Below are positions 16,506 to 31,581 of a stretch of 32,037 bases of DNA, piece by piece; the stretch's first letter is position 1; the number at the start of each line of letters is the position of its first letter. The stretch is from the NCBI GenBank assembly GCA_013140885.1, contig JABFSC010000304.1, forward strand, positions 1 to 32,037, written 5' to 3'. A model generated the notes under the pieces. That model ran no database searches. It was not told where the DNA came from and saw only the letters and a program-made list of their open reading frames with translations. Source of the DNA: Deltaproteobacteria bacterium (GTDB taxonomy: Bacteria; Desulfobacterota; Binatia; Bin18). The translations under genes and the position numbers were made by a program.

Positions 16506-18156
16506 CTTTGACCTCCCCTCTGACATCAAGTGTCGCGTATTCGTAGGCTTCTTCATGCACGATGGGCGTCTGATCGAAGTTGCCAGTCTTGGGGGGCGAT
16601 TGGATCGTCCACTCCAAGCCTTTCGCTCGCCACGGATTCGGACCAGCCGCCTCTCCATACTTGAGCGACCAGAGTAAATAGATGAACGGGAGTAGGTACC
16701 CAACACCCAGCACCATCGCGCCACCAGAGGACATCACGTTGAAGATTTGGAACTCGTCAGGATAGGTGTGATAGCGTCGTGGCATTCCCAAGTATCCAAC
16801 CAGGAACTGTGGGAAGAACGTCAAGTTGAAGCCGACGAACACCAGCATCGCGGACAGCTTCCCCATGAGTTCGGGATACCGGCGGCCACTGATCTTTGGC
16901 CACCAGAAGTGGAGCCCGCCAAGAAAAGCCATGATCTCACCGCCGACCATGATGTAGTGGAAATGCGCGACGACGAAGTAGGTGTCGTGCATGTGGACAT
17001 CAAGTCCAACCGCCGCCAAGAAAAGGCCAGTCACCCCGCCAATCACAAACAGTCCCAAAAAGCCAACGACAAAGTACAGTGGGGATTCGTAGGTGATCGA
17101 CCCCTTATACAACGTCGCTACCCAGTTGAAGGTTTTGATCGCCGACGGGACCGCGACCAAGAAGGTAATCAGCGAGAACACCATGCCGGCGTACACCGAC
17201 TGACCACTGACATACATGTGATGGCCCCAGACGAAGAAGCCGATGATGGCGATCCCCAGGCTGGAGAAGGCGACGAACGAATAGCCGAAGACAGGCTTGC
17301 GGGCCACGAGGGCGACCATTTCACTCATCACACCCATGCCAGGCAGAATCATAATGTAGACGGCGGGATGCGAGTAGAACCAAAAGAGATGCTGGAATAG
17401 TACTGGGTCGCCACCCAAGTTTGGATTGAAAAATCCCAGGTTGAATCCACGTTCAAGCACCATCAGCAACAGCGTAATCGCGATCACCGGCGTCGCCAAT
17501 ACCTGAATCAGACTCGTGGCGTAGTGCGCCCAAATAAACAAGGGCAGCCGGAACCACGTCATCCCTGGGGCCCGCATCGTATGAATGGTGACGATGAAAT
17601 TGAGGCCGGTGAGAATCGAGGAGAACCCAGCGGTAAACGCTCCCATACCCGCGAGGATCACATTACTATTCGAGTACACCGTGCTGTAGGGAGTATAAAA
17701 CGTCCAGCCAGTATCGACGCCACCAAAGAGCGCCGCGGTCAGAGCCAACGTGCCTCCCGCCATGAAGATGTACCAGCTCGCGAGATTGAGGCGTGGGAAC
17801 GCAACATCACGCGCGCCGATCATCAGCGGAATGAGAAAATTCCCCAAGATCGCGGGAATCGCCGGGATGAGCACGAAAAAGACCATCACCACGCCGTGCA
17901 TGGTGAACATCTTGTTATAGGTCTCGGCCTCCATCAGGTCTCCGCCTGGCGTCATCAGCTCCAGGCGGATCGTCAGGGCGAACAGCGCCCCCATCAAGAA
18001 GAAGATGGAGACGGAGACCATGTAGAGGATACCGATCCTCTTGTGGTCAAGGGTTAGCAACCACGACTTGATGCTATACCCATCGTTAAGATAACTTTCC
18101 CGCGGCATTTCCCGCGCGGGCGCTTCGGTGTGTGTCGGAACCGCGACTGCGCTCAT
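16498..18156 (-). CDS. ctaD: Cytochrome c oxidase subunit I, A2-type
   Basis: [25 protein letters not shown] (YS motif of A2), [24 protein letters not shown]. Confidence 0.97.
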   Translation of the reverse strand: MSAVAVPTHTEAPAREMPRESYLNDGYSIKSWLLTLDHKRIGILYMVSVSIFFLMGALFALTIRLELMTPGGDLMEAETYNKMFTMHGVVMVFFVLIPAIPAILGNFLIPLMIGARDVAFPRLNLASWYIFMAGGTLALTAALFGGVDTGWTFYTPYSTVYSNSNVILAGMGAFTAGFSSILTGLNFIVTIHTMRAPGMTWFRLPLFIWAHYATSLIQVLATPVIAITLLLMVLERGFNLGFFNPNLGGDPVLFQHLFWFYSHPAVYIMILPGMGVMSEMVALVARKPVFGYSFVAFSSLGIAIIGFFVWGHHMYVSGQSVYAGMVFSLITFLVAVPSAIKTFNWVATLYKGSITYESPLYFVVGFLGLFVIGGVTGLFLAAVGLDVHMHDTYFVVAHFHYIMVGGEIMAFLGGLHFWWPKISGRRYPELMGKLSAMLVFVGFNLTFFPQFLVGYLGMPRRYHTYPDEFQIFNVMSSGGAMVLGVGYLLPFIYLLWSLKYGEAAGPNPWRAKGLEWTIQSPPKTGNFDQTPIVHEEAYEYATLDVRGEVKGV

Positions 18157-18188
18157 GATTCGGTCCTCGTTTTCCCTTTAGTCATGTC

Positions 18189-19376
18189 CTAGTGATGCTC
18201 GTCCGCTGCTGGAGCGGTGTGGTCTGTTGGCGCAGGCTGGTTTTCCGTGGCTGCGGCAGATGGGTCAGACGGAGCGGCGTGTTCATGTTGATCTGCGGGA
18301 GCGGAGTGTTCATCCACTGGCGGAACGATATGTTCCGTGGGTGGTGAAGGCTGACGCTCTTCAAGCGGTGCGGCTTGCGCCTCGGAGGTGCTAACCACAG
18401 GAGCCGTGGCCGCCGCGCCATGCGCTCCCGCTCCGGCTTTGCTCAAGGATTTAATGTAGGCGATCAGCTGCATGATCGATTCTTCGGTGATTTGCCCTTG
18501 GAAGGTCGGCATGTTCGGCTGATACCCGTTGACGATTTTCGCTTGCGGCGTCACGATCGACTCGCGCAGGTAGTTCTCATCGGCGGTCACGGTTGCGCCA
18601 CCTTGTAGTGTCACTTGCGACCCAAACACACCAGCCAGCAGTGGCGCCATCAGACCGTTAGTCACATGACACGTGTTACAGCGTTGCTCCATGAACAGCC
18701 GCGCGCCAGCGACTTCAGGGGTTTCATTGGTGACCGCCGCCGTCGTGCTGCCGGTTTTGAGCCATTGCTCGTAGTGAGCCGGGTCCAGCACCACCACGCG
18801 ACCAATCATGTGCGAGTGTTTGGTGCCGCAATACTCGGCGCAGAAGATATGGAACTCTCCGGTCTTCGTCGCCTTGAACCAGCTCGTCGTGTAGCGCCCG
18901 GGGACCGCGTCCATCTTGGTACGAAAGGCCGGGATGAAAAAGCTGTGCAACACATCTTCCGACGTGATCGTCAGTTTCACCGATTGCCCCAGCGGCACAT
19001 GCAACTCATTGATTTCTCGTTTGCCGGTGGGATGTTGGATTTTCCACATCCACTGTTTCCCCACGACGTTGAAACTCAACGCGTCGGACGGAGTGCGGGA
19101 GAGGTCGTAGAAAACCACGATGCCCCACACGAACATCACCAGGACGATGCCAAGGGGGATCAGTGACCAAATAATTTCGAGGGGAAGATTCCCCTCGATC
19201 TGTTCGGGAATCTCGTCTTCGGAACGACGCTTGTACTTGACGATGAAAATCGCGGCGGCGGTGTAGACCGCCAGCGACGTCGCCACGGTTACGACGATGA
19301 TGAAGATGTAAAGCAGATCAACTTCCAGGGCGACGGACGATGCCTGCTCGGGCCAAAAAGAAAATTTGCCTATCAT
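18189..19376 (-). CDS. ctaC: Cytochrome c oxidase subunit II with fused cytochrome c (caa3) and acidic His-rich tail
   Basis: LEIIWS, KQWMW, DVLHSF, CuA motif CAEYCGTKHSHM, heme c motif CNTCH and MPTF. Confidence 0.96.
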   Translation of the reverse strand: MIGKFSFWPEQASSVALEVDLLYIFIIVVTVATSLAVYTAAAIFIVKYKRRSEDEIPEQIEGNLPLEIIWSLIPLGIVLVMFVWGIVVFYDLSRTPSDALSFNVVGKQWMWKIQHPTGKREINELHVPLGQSVKLTITSEDVLHSFFIPAFRTKMDAVPGRYTTSWFKATKTGEFHIFCAEYCGTKHSHMIGRVVVLDPAHYEQWLKTGSTTAAVTNETPEVAGARLFMEQRCNTCHVTNGLMAPLLAGVFGSQVTLQGGATVTADENYLRESIVTPQAKIVNGYQPNMPTFQGQITEESIMQLIAYIKSLSKAGAGAHGAAATAPVVSTSEAQAAPLEERQPSPPTEHIVPPVDEHSAPADQHEHAAPSDPSAAATENQPAPTDHTAPAADEHH

Positions 19377-20299
19377 GGTGTATTTCCAACCACCTTCTGC
19401 CGTCGATCGCGGCGCAACGACAGGATGATGAATCCGCCAATCCCCAGAACTGTCGCGGCCCCAGCCAGGCGCAGAGAACGGGTAATCAGCACCCCATACT
19501 TTCCGGTCACGGGATCGTAGTGATAACAGAGCAGCAACAGTTGATCGACCGGAGAGCCAATCTTGCCACCAGCGGCCTCGATGAGACCAAAGCGCACATC
19601 GCGCGGAGCATACTCAACACCGTAGAAGTAGCGCGAAATTCGCCCATCTGGAGTCAGAACCATGATCCCACTGGCATGCGCGTACTCTTTACGTTCCGTG
19701 TCATAGCGGTAACGAAAACCCACCGCCTGCGTCAATCGCTGAATCGTGGCTTCATCACCCGTCAAGAAATGCCATCCCGCCTCGGCCCCCGCGCGACTAT
19801 AACTCTGCAAGGAGGTTTGTTTCTTCATCGCGGCTAGCCGTGGCGTGTCGGTGGGATTGAAGCTCACCGTGAGCACCGTGAACTCATTCCCTGCGGAAAA
19901 GGACAGCGTTCGCAACGTGCGAATCAGCCCATTGATGACCAGGGTGCACAACATCGGACAGTCGTAGTAAGCCAGCGAGAGGATGACTGGCTTCTTACCA
20001 AAGTAGTCACCCAACTGGACCTTTTTTCCACTCTCATCGGAGAAAGTGAGATCAAGCGGGAGTTGCGAGTCCAAACGCTGATCCAATCCAACATCGGGGA
20101 AGGGATTATACGAGGCCGGATCCTTATATGGCGCCGCTGCGTTGTAGGCCGCTAATTGGGCCGACACCGGAGCAATAAGCACGACGAGGAGAAGCACACT
20201 CACGCTCCCACCGCGTACGATCCACGCCACGATGCGGCTCGCGAACCGTCTCACGGACGGCTCGCCTCTCCGCGGCTCATGTTGTCGTCGTTGCGTCAT
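19373..20299 (-). CDS. SCO1/SenC family copper chaperone
   Basis: YYDCPMLC CxxxC motif, YAHASG, C-terminal CYHYDP plus TM; sits between act and cta genes. Confidence 0.92.
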   Translation of the reverse strand: MTQRRQHEPRRGEPSVRRFASRIVAWIVRGGSVSVLLLVVLIAPVSAQLAAYNAAAPYKDPASYNPFPDVGLDQRLDSQLPLDLTFSDESGKKVQLGDYFGKKPVILSLAYYDCPMLCTLVINGLIRTLRTLSFSAGNEFTVLTVSFNPTDTPRLAAMKKQTSLQSYSRAGAEAGWHFLTGDEATIQRLTQAVGFRYRYDTERKEYAHASGIMVLTPDGRISRYFYGVEYAPRDVRFGLIEAAGGKIGSPVDQLLLLCYHYDPVTGKYGVLITRSLRLAGAATVLGIGGFIILSLRRDRRQKVVGNTP

Positions 20300-20304
20300 C
20301 GACT

Positions 20305-20712
20305 TTACTCAGCCTTGGCTTGGTCACGAGTCGGGAGGCCCCGTTTCGCCAGGAGCGCCATCGCTTCTTCCACGGGAATGGCGACCACTCCATTTTTCTC
20401 GTCAACCCAACGATAACTGGTGAGCGCCGCCTGTTCTTTCGCGCGCAACTCAATCAGGTCTTGTCCAGAAGATACCTGGAGCATTGGCGTGGGTGGCATC
20501 GGCGACTGAGAGAGAGAAGACACCGGAGCCTCGGACCGCGCCCAGTTGATGTCGAACGTATGTTGAATGATCTTGACCGTCACGAAGGTCGCGATCGATA
20601 CCAGAATCATCACCACCGCGAAAATCACCACCGGCGTTAGTTGGATGACATTCTCTTCATGCTGGACTTCAGGGTGATGTTCACCATGTCCGTGGGTCAC
20701 GTGCTCGCTCAT
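20305..20712 (-). CDS. ActG-like single-TM accessory subunit of ACIII
   Basis: One TM, P.P.LQ, YRWVD..GVVAIPVEEAM; positioned after actF. Confidence 0.7.
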   Translation of the reverse strand: MSEHVTHGHGEHHPEVQHEENVIQLTPVVIFAVVMILVSIATFVTVKIIQHTFDINWARSEAPVSSLSQSPMPPTPMLQVSSGQDLIELRAKEQAALTSYRWVDEKNGVVAIPVEEAMALLAKRGLPTRDQAKAE

Positions 20713-20714
20713 GG

Positions 20715-21929
20715 TTATGCTCCCTGTACCTGTTTCATGGTTACCGCCTCGGCGCTCTCATACGAATTATCAGGCAGTGGCAACAGCGACCGCTCTTGCA
20801 GTTGCCAGAGGAAGACAAACAACCAGACTCCGCCAATCCCAATCAACGGAACCAGATAGAGCCAATGAAAATGCGACTCTTCCTTGAACGACGGCACGAT
20901 CTGCCAATAGAGATCGGCATAGCGTACGATCAGCATCCAGCCCGCGACCCAAATCAGCTTATTCTTATGCCGTTTGACGTGCCGCGAGAGAAGAACAAAG
21001 AAAGGAACAAAGAAATGGAAGCCCATGAGGAACAACGCCAAGATGAGCCATCCATGACCAGTACGCTGGAGGTACCACGGAATCTCTTCCGGCAGGTTCG
21101 CCGACCAGATAATGAGGAACTGTGAAAATGACCCGTAGGCCCACAACACCACGAAGCCGTGCATTAACTTACCGAGATCGTGAAAATGTTTGTCGGTCAC
21201 TGATTGCGAGAACGGTTCGTACTTGGTCGTCCATGCCGTGAAGACGATCATAAACGCCAGGGTGGCGAGTCCCTGGCCGACCAAGAACAGCACACCGTAA
21301 ATCGTCGAGTACCAATGCGGTTCGAGGGACATCACCCAGTCAAACGAAGCGCAGGTCGTGGCCAGGAAAAACAGCACGGCTCCTGGTCCGCTCCAGTTCT
21401 CCATGCGTTTGACGATGCTCAGGTCTGGGGTTTTCTCGAACTCGCGTGACCCCTTGGAAAGGACGTAAGACCAGATAAACCAGAAAGCGAACAGAATCGC
21501 CGCGCGAATGCCGAAGGCCGTACCATTCAGATAGAACGCCTTCTGCGTCAGGATTTTATCACCCGCGACATGCTTCGGATCCGCCCATTCATAAAGGCCG
21601 TGATGACCTTCAACCTGATCAAGGTTGAAAGCGGCGAACAGAATCGGAATGAACAGCAACAACATCAGGGGGAGCGTCCTCATCCCCGCTTCAAGAGCAC
21701 GACGAGTGGCGTGGCCCCAGTCCCCACCCGTTAGGTGGTGCATCATCACGAAGCCCAGACACCCCAAGGTCAAGTTCATCCAGAACAGGTAGCCCAGGAG
21801 ATAGCCCCGGAAAAAATGCGTCGTGTCGGCCATCGCCCCAATCCCGCTCAACACAAGGGCCGCGGTTCCGACGAGGAGAGCAAGTTTTTGTTTGCTCGCG
21901 AGTTGCGAGCGTAGCGCGTCGAGGTTCAT
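20715..21929 (-). CDS. actF: Alternative complex III subunit F
   Basis: Polytopic; DWVMSLEPHWYSTIYG, HDLGKL, SQFLIIWSANLPEEIPWY. Confidence 0.93.
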   Translation of the reverse strand: MNLDALRSQLASKQKLALLVGTAALVLSGIGAMADTTHFFRGYLLGYLFWMNLTLGCLGFVMMHHLTGGDWGHATRRALEAGMRTLPLMLLLFIPILFAAFNLDQVEGHHGLYEWADPKHVAGDKILTQKAFYLNGTAFGIRAAILFAFWFIWSYVLSKGSREFEKTPDLSIVKRMENWSGPGAVLFFLATTCASFDWVMSLEPHWYSTIYGVLFLVGQGLATLAFMIVFTAWTTKYEPFSQSVTDKHFHDLGKLMHGFVVLWAYGSFSQFLIIWSANLPEEIPWYLQRTGHGWLILALFLMGFHFFVPFFVLLSRHVKRHKNKLIWVAGWMLIVRYADLYWQIVPSFKEESHFHWLYLVPLIGIGGVWLFVFLWQLQERSLLPLPDNSYESAEAVTMKQVQGA

Positions 21930-22519
21930 TGGTGGGCTCCGGCAAGCTCTTGGCGTTTCTCTTGCGGCACGTCGTCGATCTTGGCGTTTTGACTCAACTG
22001 GAGTGCGCGAATGTACGCGATGATCGCCCAGCGGTCTTGCGCCGGAATACGGTCCGAGTAGTCGAACATGGCGCCAAAACCATTGGAGATCACGTTAAAG
22101 AAGTACCCAGGAGGAGATTCACGTAACCGATCAATATGGTACGAGGGCGGTTTTTTCATGCCCCGTTGCACGATGGCCCCCTCGCCATCACCGAGTTGCC
22201 CGTGGCAGGGAGAGCAGAAGATGTTGAACCGCTCCCGCCCACGATGAATCACTTGCTCGGTGACCGGGAAAGGAAAAGTCGTGACGAATTCGTTGTTCAC
22301 GCGTCCGGTGAACAAGTGGTCGTCCTCTTGGAGAGTCCCACGTGCGACCGTGCCCGTCACCAACGGGCGAGCGGAACGCCCATCCGCGAAAAACGAGTTC
22401 GCGCGGAGCGGCTTAAATCTGGGTTGGTCGTGCATGTCTTGACGGCATCCCGCCACCAGCACGAGCCCTCCGAACAGGAGCCCTTGGAGTAATATACGAT
22501 TCATAGCGCGCGATAACAT
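21926..22519 (-). CDS. actE: Alternative complex III subunit E, monoheme cytochrome c lipoprotein
   Basis: Lipobox VAGC, RQDMHDQP, CSPCHG, GFGAM, DRWAIIAYIRALQ; start could be 22504. Confidence 0.92.
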   Translation of the reverse strand: MLSRAMNRILLQGLLFGGLVLVAGCRQDMHDQPRFKPLRANSFFADGRSARPLVTGTVARGTLQEDDHLFTGRVNNEFVTTFPFPVTEQVIHRGRERFNIFCSPCHGQLGDGEGAIVQRGMKKPPSYHIDRLRESPPGYFFNVISNGFGAMFDYSDRIPAQDRWAIIAYIRALQLSQNAKIDDVPQEKRQELAGAHQ

Positions 22520-22526
22520 GAGGTGC

Positions 22527-23077
22527 CTATGGTTCAACTTCCGAGACAGCGTGCGGGTGGCACTGTTCGAGAAATTGCTTGGTCTTTTCACGGTCGAACT
22601 TGGGGTCTTCGGACTCGATACACAAAAAGAAACGGTCATTCGACGCGAGATCGAATCGGGGTGCGTTAAACACCGGGTGATACGGCATCGGCAACCCATT
22701 CAGCGCCAACATCCCCACGACCGCCGCGAGCGCGGCCGAGAGAATCATCAACTCGTAGGTCACCGGAATGAAGGCGGGCCAACTGTGATACGGCTTGCCA
22801 CCAACCATGACCGGGTAGTCAATGACCGAAATGAAGTATTGCAGCCCATACCCCAGGGCGATTCCAGTCAGCCCACCGATAAGCACGATGAGCGAGAGAC
22901 GCGAGGGCTTGAACCCAAGGGCTTCGTCCAGCCCCTCGACCGGAAACGGGGTGTACGCATCCATCTTCCGATACCCAGCGTCATGCGCCTTATGCGCCGC
23001 TTCCATGAGGGTATCGGGCGAATCGAACTCAGCCATCAGACCGTAGATGCTAGGGTCGTGCGCGACAGTCGAAGTGC

Positions 23078-23081
<4 letters not shown>
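22527..23081 (-). CDS. actD: Alternative complex III subunit D (DUF3341)
   Basis: GLMAEFD, DAYTPFPV, VGGKP..SWPAFIPVTYEL, ASNDRFFL; ATGA overlap with actC. Confidence 0.93.
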
Positions 23082-27553
<4,472 letters not shown>

Positions 27554-27557
<4 letters not shown>

Positions 27558-28210
27558 CGGTGACAAATCGAGCAGTTAAGCATTTTGGCTTTATCGACGT
27601 GATGTTCCCTCAGAAGAGTCTCTCCGAGAGCAAGCTGATCTCCCTCGGGCTTCCACCCCATCTGAAAGACGGCATCGCGTGGGCGCAGATGCTGTTCGGG
27701 TTGCTTATGGCACGCGATGCACCACTGCATGTCGAGCGAGTTCGCCTTCATCATCAGCGGCATCTGATCGACGCGCCCGTGGCAGCTCTCGCACCCCACG
27801 CCTTTGCGGACGTGAATGCTGTGATTGAAGTAGACGAAGTCCGGCAGGTCATGCACGCGAATCCATTCAATGGCCTTATCGGTGCGGTAGCTCGCGCGGA
27901 TCGGTTCGAGGATCGGAGCTTCGGTCCAGATTTGCGAGTGACACGTCATGCACGTCTTGACGGGTGGGATGCCCGCGAACGCCACATCCTCGACGGAGGT
28001 GTGACAGTAGCGGCAGTCGAGGCCCAGACCGTTGACGTGATGCTTGTGGCTAAAAGGAACAGGTTGTTCCCTTGGGATGCCCACCATATTCACATACGGT
28101 GAACGGGCGAGTCCCAGGACCAGTGCCAATCCGCCTCCCGCCAGTACTGCCCCAATGACAATACTCGCTTTGGAGAGGATGTTCATCTTGGAAGGAAAGA
28201 TTTGCGCCAT
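27554..28210 (-). CDS. actA: Alternative complex III subunit A, pentaheme cytochrome c
   Basis: MAQIF start, one TM, five CxxCH motifs (CRYCH, CMTCH, CESCH, CIACH, CSICH). Confidence 0.96.
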
Positions 28211-28527
28211 CGAAGTATCTTCTCTCGCTCCCCGCACTAAAGAGTTTCCGGCTCAGCGGCTCTTCTATAGCTAACTGATCTCGCGACCGCTTCCCCCTCT
28301 TGGTCCTCGGCCGCGCCTCAGTCATGAACCGTTCGCCACTCACCCAAGCGCGTTTTTCGCGCGACGTTTTTGCCTGACTCGTTCTTTTCACACAAAATCA
28401 AGAACTTATGTGCCCGCTCACCCTTTCGCTTCTGAATGCCCGCGTCGCCTATGATTAGCGTGACTAACAATTATTCCAGAAGAAAAGTCATATCGCTTTG
28501 TGTGATGCCCCCGCTTGAGGCAGCGGA

Positions 28528-28555
28528 AATATAAAGAACCGGAAAAATTATGCAA
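28528..28555 (-). promoter_or_regulatory. Candidate sigma70 promoter for the act-cta operon
   Basis: Minus strand TTGCAT (28555-28550), 16 nt, TATATT (28533-28528) in an AT-rich intergenic patch. Confidence 0.45.
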
Positions 28556-28628
28556 TGGCCCCCGTGGGGAGAATGAATCGAGGAACCGGAGGGGGGGGAA
28601 ACGGGAAAGGAAACCACGAAAGTCTCAT

Positions 28629-29603
28629 TCACGCCGTTGGCTGCCGTTTGACGGCGACTTGCTGCTCAATCCACGCATAAGTCCGCGCTAGCCCGTCTTC
28701 CAGGGAAATCATGGGCTCCCAGCCCAACACCTGACGGAGCCGCGAGTTATCCGAGTTACGCCCCCGCACGCCTTGCGGGCCAGCGATATGCGTCTTGGTA
28801 ATCCGCGCCCCGGCGATCTTCGCGACCATGTCCGCCAGTTGATTGATCGTCACCATCCGATCCTGACCGAGATTCAGCGGCTGCGCATAATCGGACGCCA
28901 TCAATCTCATCAGGCCGGTCACGCAGTCGTCAATGTAACAAAATGAGCGGGTCTGCTCCCCATCTCCCCAGATTTCAATCTCCGTCTTGCCGGTCAATTT
29001 CGCCAGCGCGACCTTGCGACACATCGCGGCCGGCGCTTTTTCGCGTCCGCCTTCCCACGTGCCCAAGGGACCAAAGATGTTGTGAAACCGCACGATGCGC
29101 GTCTCCATGCCGTAATCCTCGCGATAATGGAGACAGAGCCGCTCGGTGATGAGTTTTTCCCAGCCATAGGCGTCTTGCGGCTGGGCGGGGTACGCATCGT
29201 CTTCCTTGAGCGGCACCACATCGGTCATGGTCTGCAAGAATTCGGGATAGACACAGGCCGACGAGGTATAGAGATAGCGCCCGACCCCGTTCTCGCGCGC
29301 GGCGTCCAACGTGTGGAGATTGATGAGCGCGTTATTGTGGAGAATCTGGGCATGATGCGCGGAGATAAAACCCATGCCGCCCATGTCGGCGGCGAGCGCG
29401 TACACTTCCTCAACCCCGCGCGTGGCGTGCAAGCAATTTTCCCAGCGCCGCAAATCGAGCAACAGAAACTCATCGGCGGCGGTCGCGCAAAACTCCGGCG
29501 CTTTGACATCCACGCCACGCACCCAATGCCCCTGCTGTTTCAGCTCCGTCACTAAATGATGGCCAATGAAGCCTCCGGCTCCGGTGACAACAATTTTTTT
29601 CAT
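28629..29603 (-). CDS. NAD-dependent epimerase, GDP-mannose 3,5-epimerase-like
   Basis: TGAGGFIG, AADMGGMGFI, SSACVYP, PQDAYGWEK, RFHNIFGP.GTW.GGREKAPAA.CRK, GVRGRNSDN. Confidence 0.88.
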   Translation of the reverse strand: MKKIVVTGAGGFIGHHLVTELKQQGHWVRGVDVKAPEFCATAADEFLLLDLRRWENCLHATRGVEEVYALAADMGGMGFISAHHAQILHNNALINLHTLDAARENGVGRYLYTSSACVYPEFLQTMTDVVPLKEDDAYPAQPQDAYGWEKLITERLCLHYREDYGMETRIVRFHNIFGPLGTWEGGREKAPAAMCRKVALAKLTGKTEIEIWGDGEQTRSFCYIDDCVTGLMRLMASDYAQPLNLGQDRMVTINQLADMVAKIAGARITKTHIAGPQGVRGRNSDNSRLRQVLGWEPMISLEDGLARTYAWIEQQVAVKRQPTA

Positions 29604-29621
29604 GGTGATCCTTCAATACAT

Positions 29622-30887
29622 TCACGACGCCAAGGAAAACGTGCGGTCCTCATCGGTGTCCATGGGGAGCCGCGCGCTGACTTTCGGGGCGGGTCTCCTC
29701 ACCAGTTGGTGCAGATACGAAGTGCCGCTGGTGAAGACAAACCGCACCAAGAAATTGCGCACCTGCGGACTCCGGGCCAGAGCCAGAATCAGCCCGCCAT
29801 GCGAGTTAAACGCGGCCTGCTCACGAATCAGACGATCCACCGCCGGCGCGGTCGCCAATTGGAACGCCTCATCAATCTGACTATCCGTCAACCGTTCCGC
29901 GTAGCGTCGGAACCAACGGCCCAACCGCAACTCATTGCCACACCGCGCTTTCCACTCCCGCTCATAGCTCGCGAGCAATTCCTCGGAATAGTCCTCGCGC
30001 ACCAGCGCCTGCTGGGCGGTAGCGACGGCAAGCTCGGCACTGAGCAAACTATAAAAAATCCCGCCACCCGTAGTGGGTTTGGTTAAACCCGCCGCATCCC
30101 CCACCACAAGTGTCCGTGTGGCGAAAGTCCGCGCGAGTGGGACTAAAGGAATGGGACGCCGGCGTAACCGCACCATCTGGCTCGCCCCCATGCGTGCGGC
30201 CACGGGCGCACTGCGCACGAATCGCGCGAAGGCATGTTCCGCTTCCTTCGTCGCCATCAAGCCAATGCGAGCCTTGCGCTGCCCAGTATTGTCGCGGAAC
30301 GGCACGACCCAGGCGAAGGCACCAGGGGCGACCGTGGTGCCAAAGTAGAGTTCAATCTCCGTGCTCCACGGGAAGTCCGCTTCCGCTTGCGCCGTCTGAA
30401 TGAATTGTGTGGGAAGAGGAAGCCCTAGTGAGCGATGCAGGTGATAGGCCGCGCCGGTGGCGAGGATCACGAGTTTGCCGCTGACCTCGCCTTGTGTGGT
30501 GGATAAGACCACGCTCGCGGGAGTTCGTTGCACCTGGGTCACGCGCGCGTCCAACAAAATCCGGGCGCCAGAAGCACGCGCTTGATCCGCGAGGCTGCGA
30601 TCAAACCCCCGTCGATCGATCAGCACGGCTTCTGGCGCATCGGTCTGATAGGAAAGGGCATATCCAGCCGGCGAATGAAATCGCGTCGCGCGCTGGTCGG
30701 CGAGAATGGCGGTCGTGGGGAGCGCAAACCGCGAAAATGCTTCCGTGGCCAGGATCCCCGTACAATGCACCGGTTCACCGATAGCCGAGTGTTCCTCACA
30801 AACCGCGACCGCCCAACCACGTCGCGCCAGACAAGTCGCCGCATGTAATCCCGCGGGACCGCCACCAACAATAAGAACATCATGCAC
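29622..30887 (-). CDS. Geranylgeranyl-reductase-family FAD oxidoreductase
   Basis: GGGPAG, PVHCTG, DRRGFD..LA, PGAFAWVVP, VGDAAGLTKPTTGGGI; GTG start inferred from AAGGAG. Confidence 0.85.
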   Translation of the reverse strand: MHDVLIVGGGPAGLHAATCLARRGWAVAVCEEHSAIGEPVHCTGILATEAFSRFALPTTAILADQRATRFHSPAGYALSYQTDAPEAVLIDRRGFDRSLADQARASGARILLDARVTQVQRTPASVVLSTTQGEVSGKLVILATGAAYHLHRSLGLPLPTQFIQTAQAEADFPWSTEIELYFGTTVAPGAFAWVVPFRDNTGQRKARIGLMATKEAEHAFARFVRSAPVAARMGASQMVRLRRRPIPLVPLARTFATRTLVVGDAAGLTKPTTGGGIFYSLLSAELAVATAQQALVREDYSEELLASYEREWKARCGNELRLGRWFRRYAERLTDSQIDEAFQLATAPAVDRLIREQAAFNSHGGLILALARSPQVRNFLVRFVFTSGTSYLHQLVRRPAPKVSARLPMDTDEDRTFSLAS

Positions 30888-30912
30888 TCTCAGATTTCTC
30901 CTTCCCCAACCA

Positions 30913-31575
30913 CTACCACTTCTTTCCTCGCCGCTCCCATCCCCCACGAAAGGTGATCCAGAATGACAAAAAAATCAGACGCAGGTCCAGACCAAAGCCA
31001 CGACGCGCGATATACCGCGTGTCGTAGCGAAATTTCCGACGCGGCGGAATGTCGCGATCCGCATATATCTGCGCGATCCCCGTCAACCCTGGCACGACTT
31101 GGTGCCGCCGCTGGTAGCCGACGACATCCGCCAACACCACCACCTGACCATCGCCACGGGTGAGAATCTCTCCCACGCGCAGAGCGCGGGGACCAACAAA
31201 ACTCATATCTCCCCGAAAGATGTTCCACAGTTGCGGCAATTCATCCATCGCCGTGGCCCGCAACCATTTCCCGATGCGCGTCACACGGGGATCTTCGAGT
31301 GTCGCCTGGCGAGGGCCAAACCGCTGGTCCGCGTTGGGCATCATAGTGCGAAACTTGAACACTGCAAACGTCCGCCCACCTTGTCCCACTCGTTGGTCGT
31401 AAAAGAAGATCGATCCACCATCCTCAAACTTAATCGCGGCGGCGGCGAGGGCCCACACCGGCAGGGACACGATCAATCCCATCCCCGACAGCGCGACATC
31501 GAAGGCGCGTTTGCTCCAGGGGGTGGGAAGAAGCGGATAGGCTTCGGCGATCGGGTCAAGACAACCTCTAGTCAT
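30913..31575 (-). CDS. Bacterial sugar transferase (monotopic phosphoglycosyl transferase, PglC/WbaP C-terminal type)
   Basis: KRAFD, FKFRTM, DPRVTRIG.WLR..MDELPQLWNI..GDMSFVGPR, PGLTGIAQ. Confidence 0.93.
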   Translation of the reverse strand: MTRGCLDPIAEAYPLLPTPWSKRAFDVALSGMGLIVSLPVWALAAAAIKFEDGGSIFFYDQRVGQGGRTFAVFKFRTMMPNADQRFGPRQATLEDPRVTRIGKWLRATAMDELPQLWNIFRGDMSFVGPRALRVGEILTRGDGQVVVLADVVGYQRRHQVVPGLTGIAQIYADRDIPPRRKFRYDTRYIARRGFGLDLRLIFLSFWITFRGGWERRGKKW

Positions 31576-31581
31576 GCTGTT

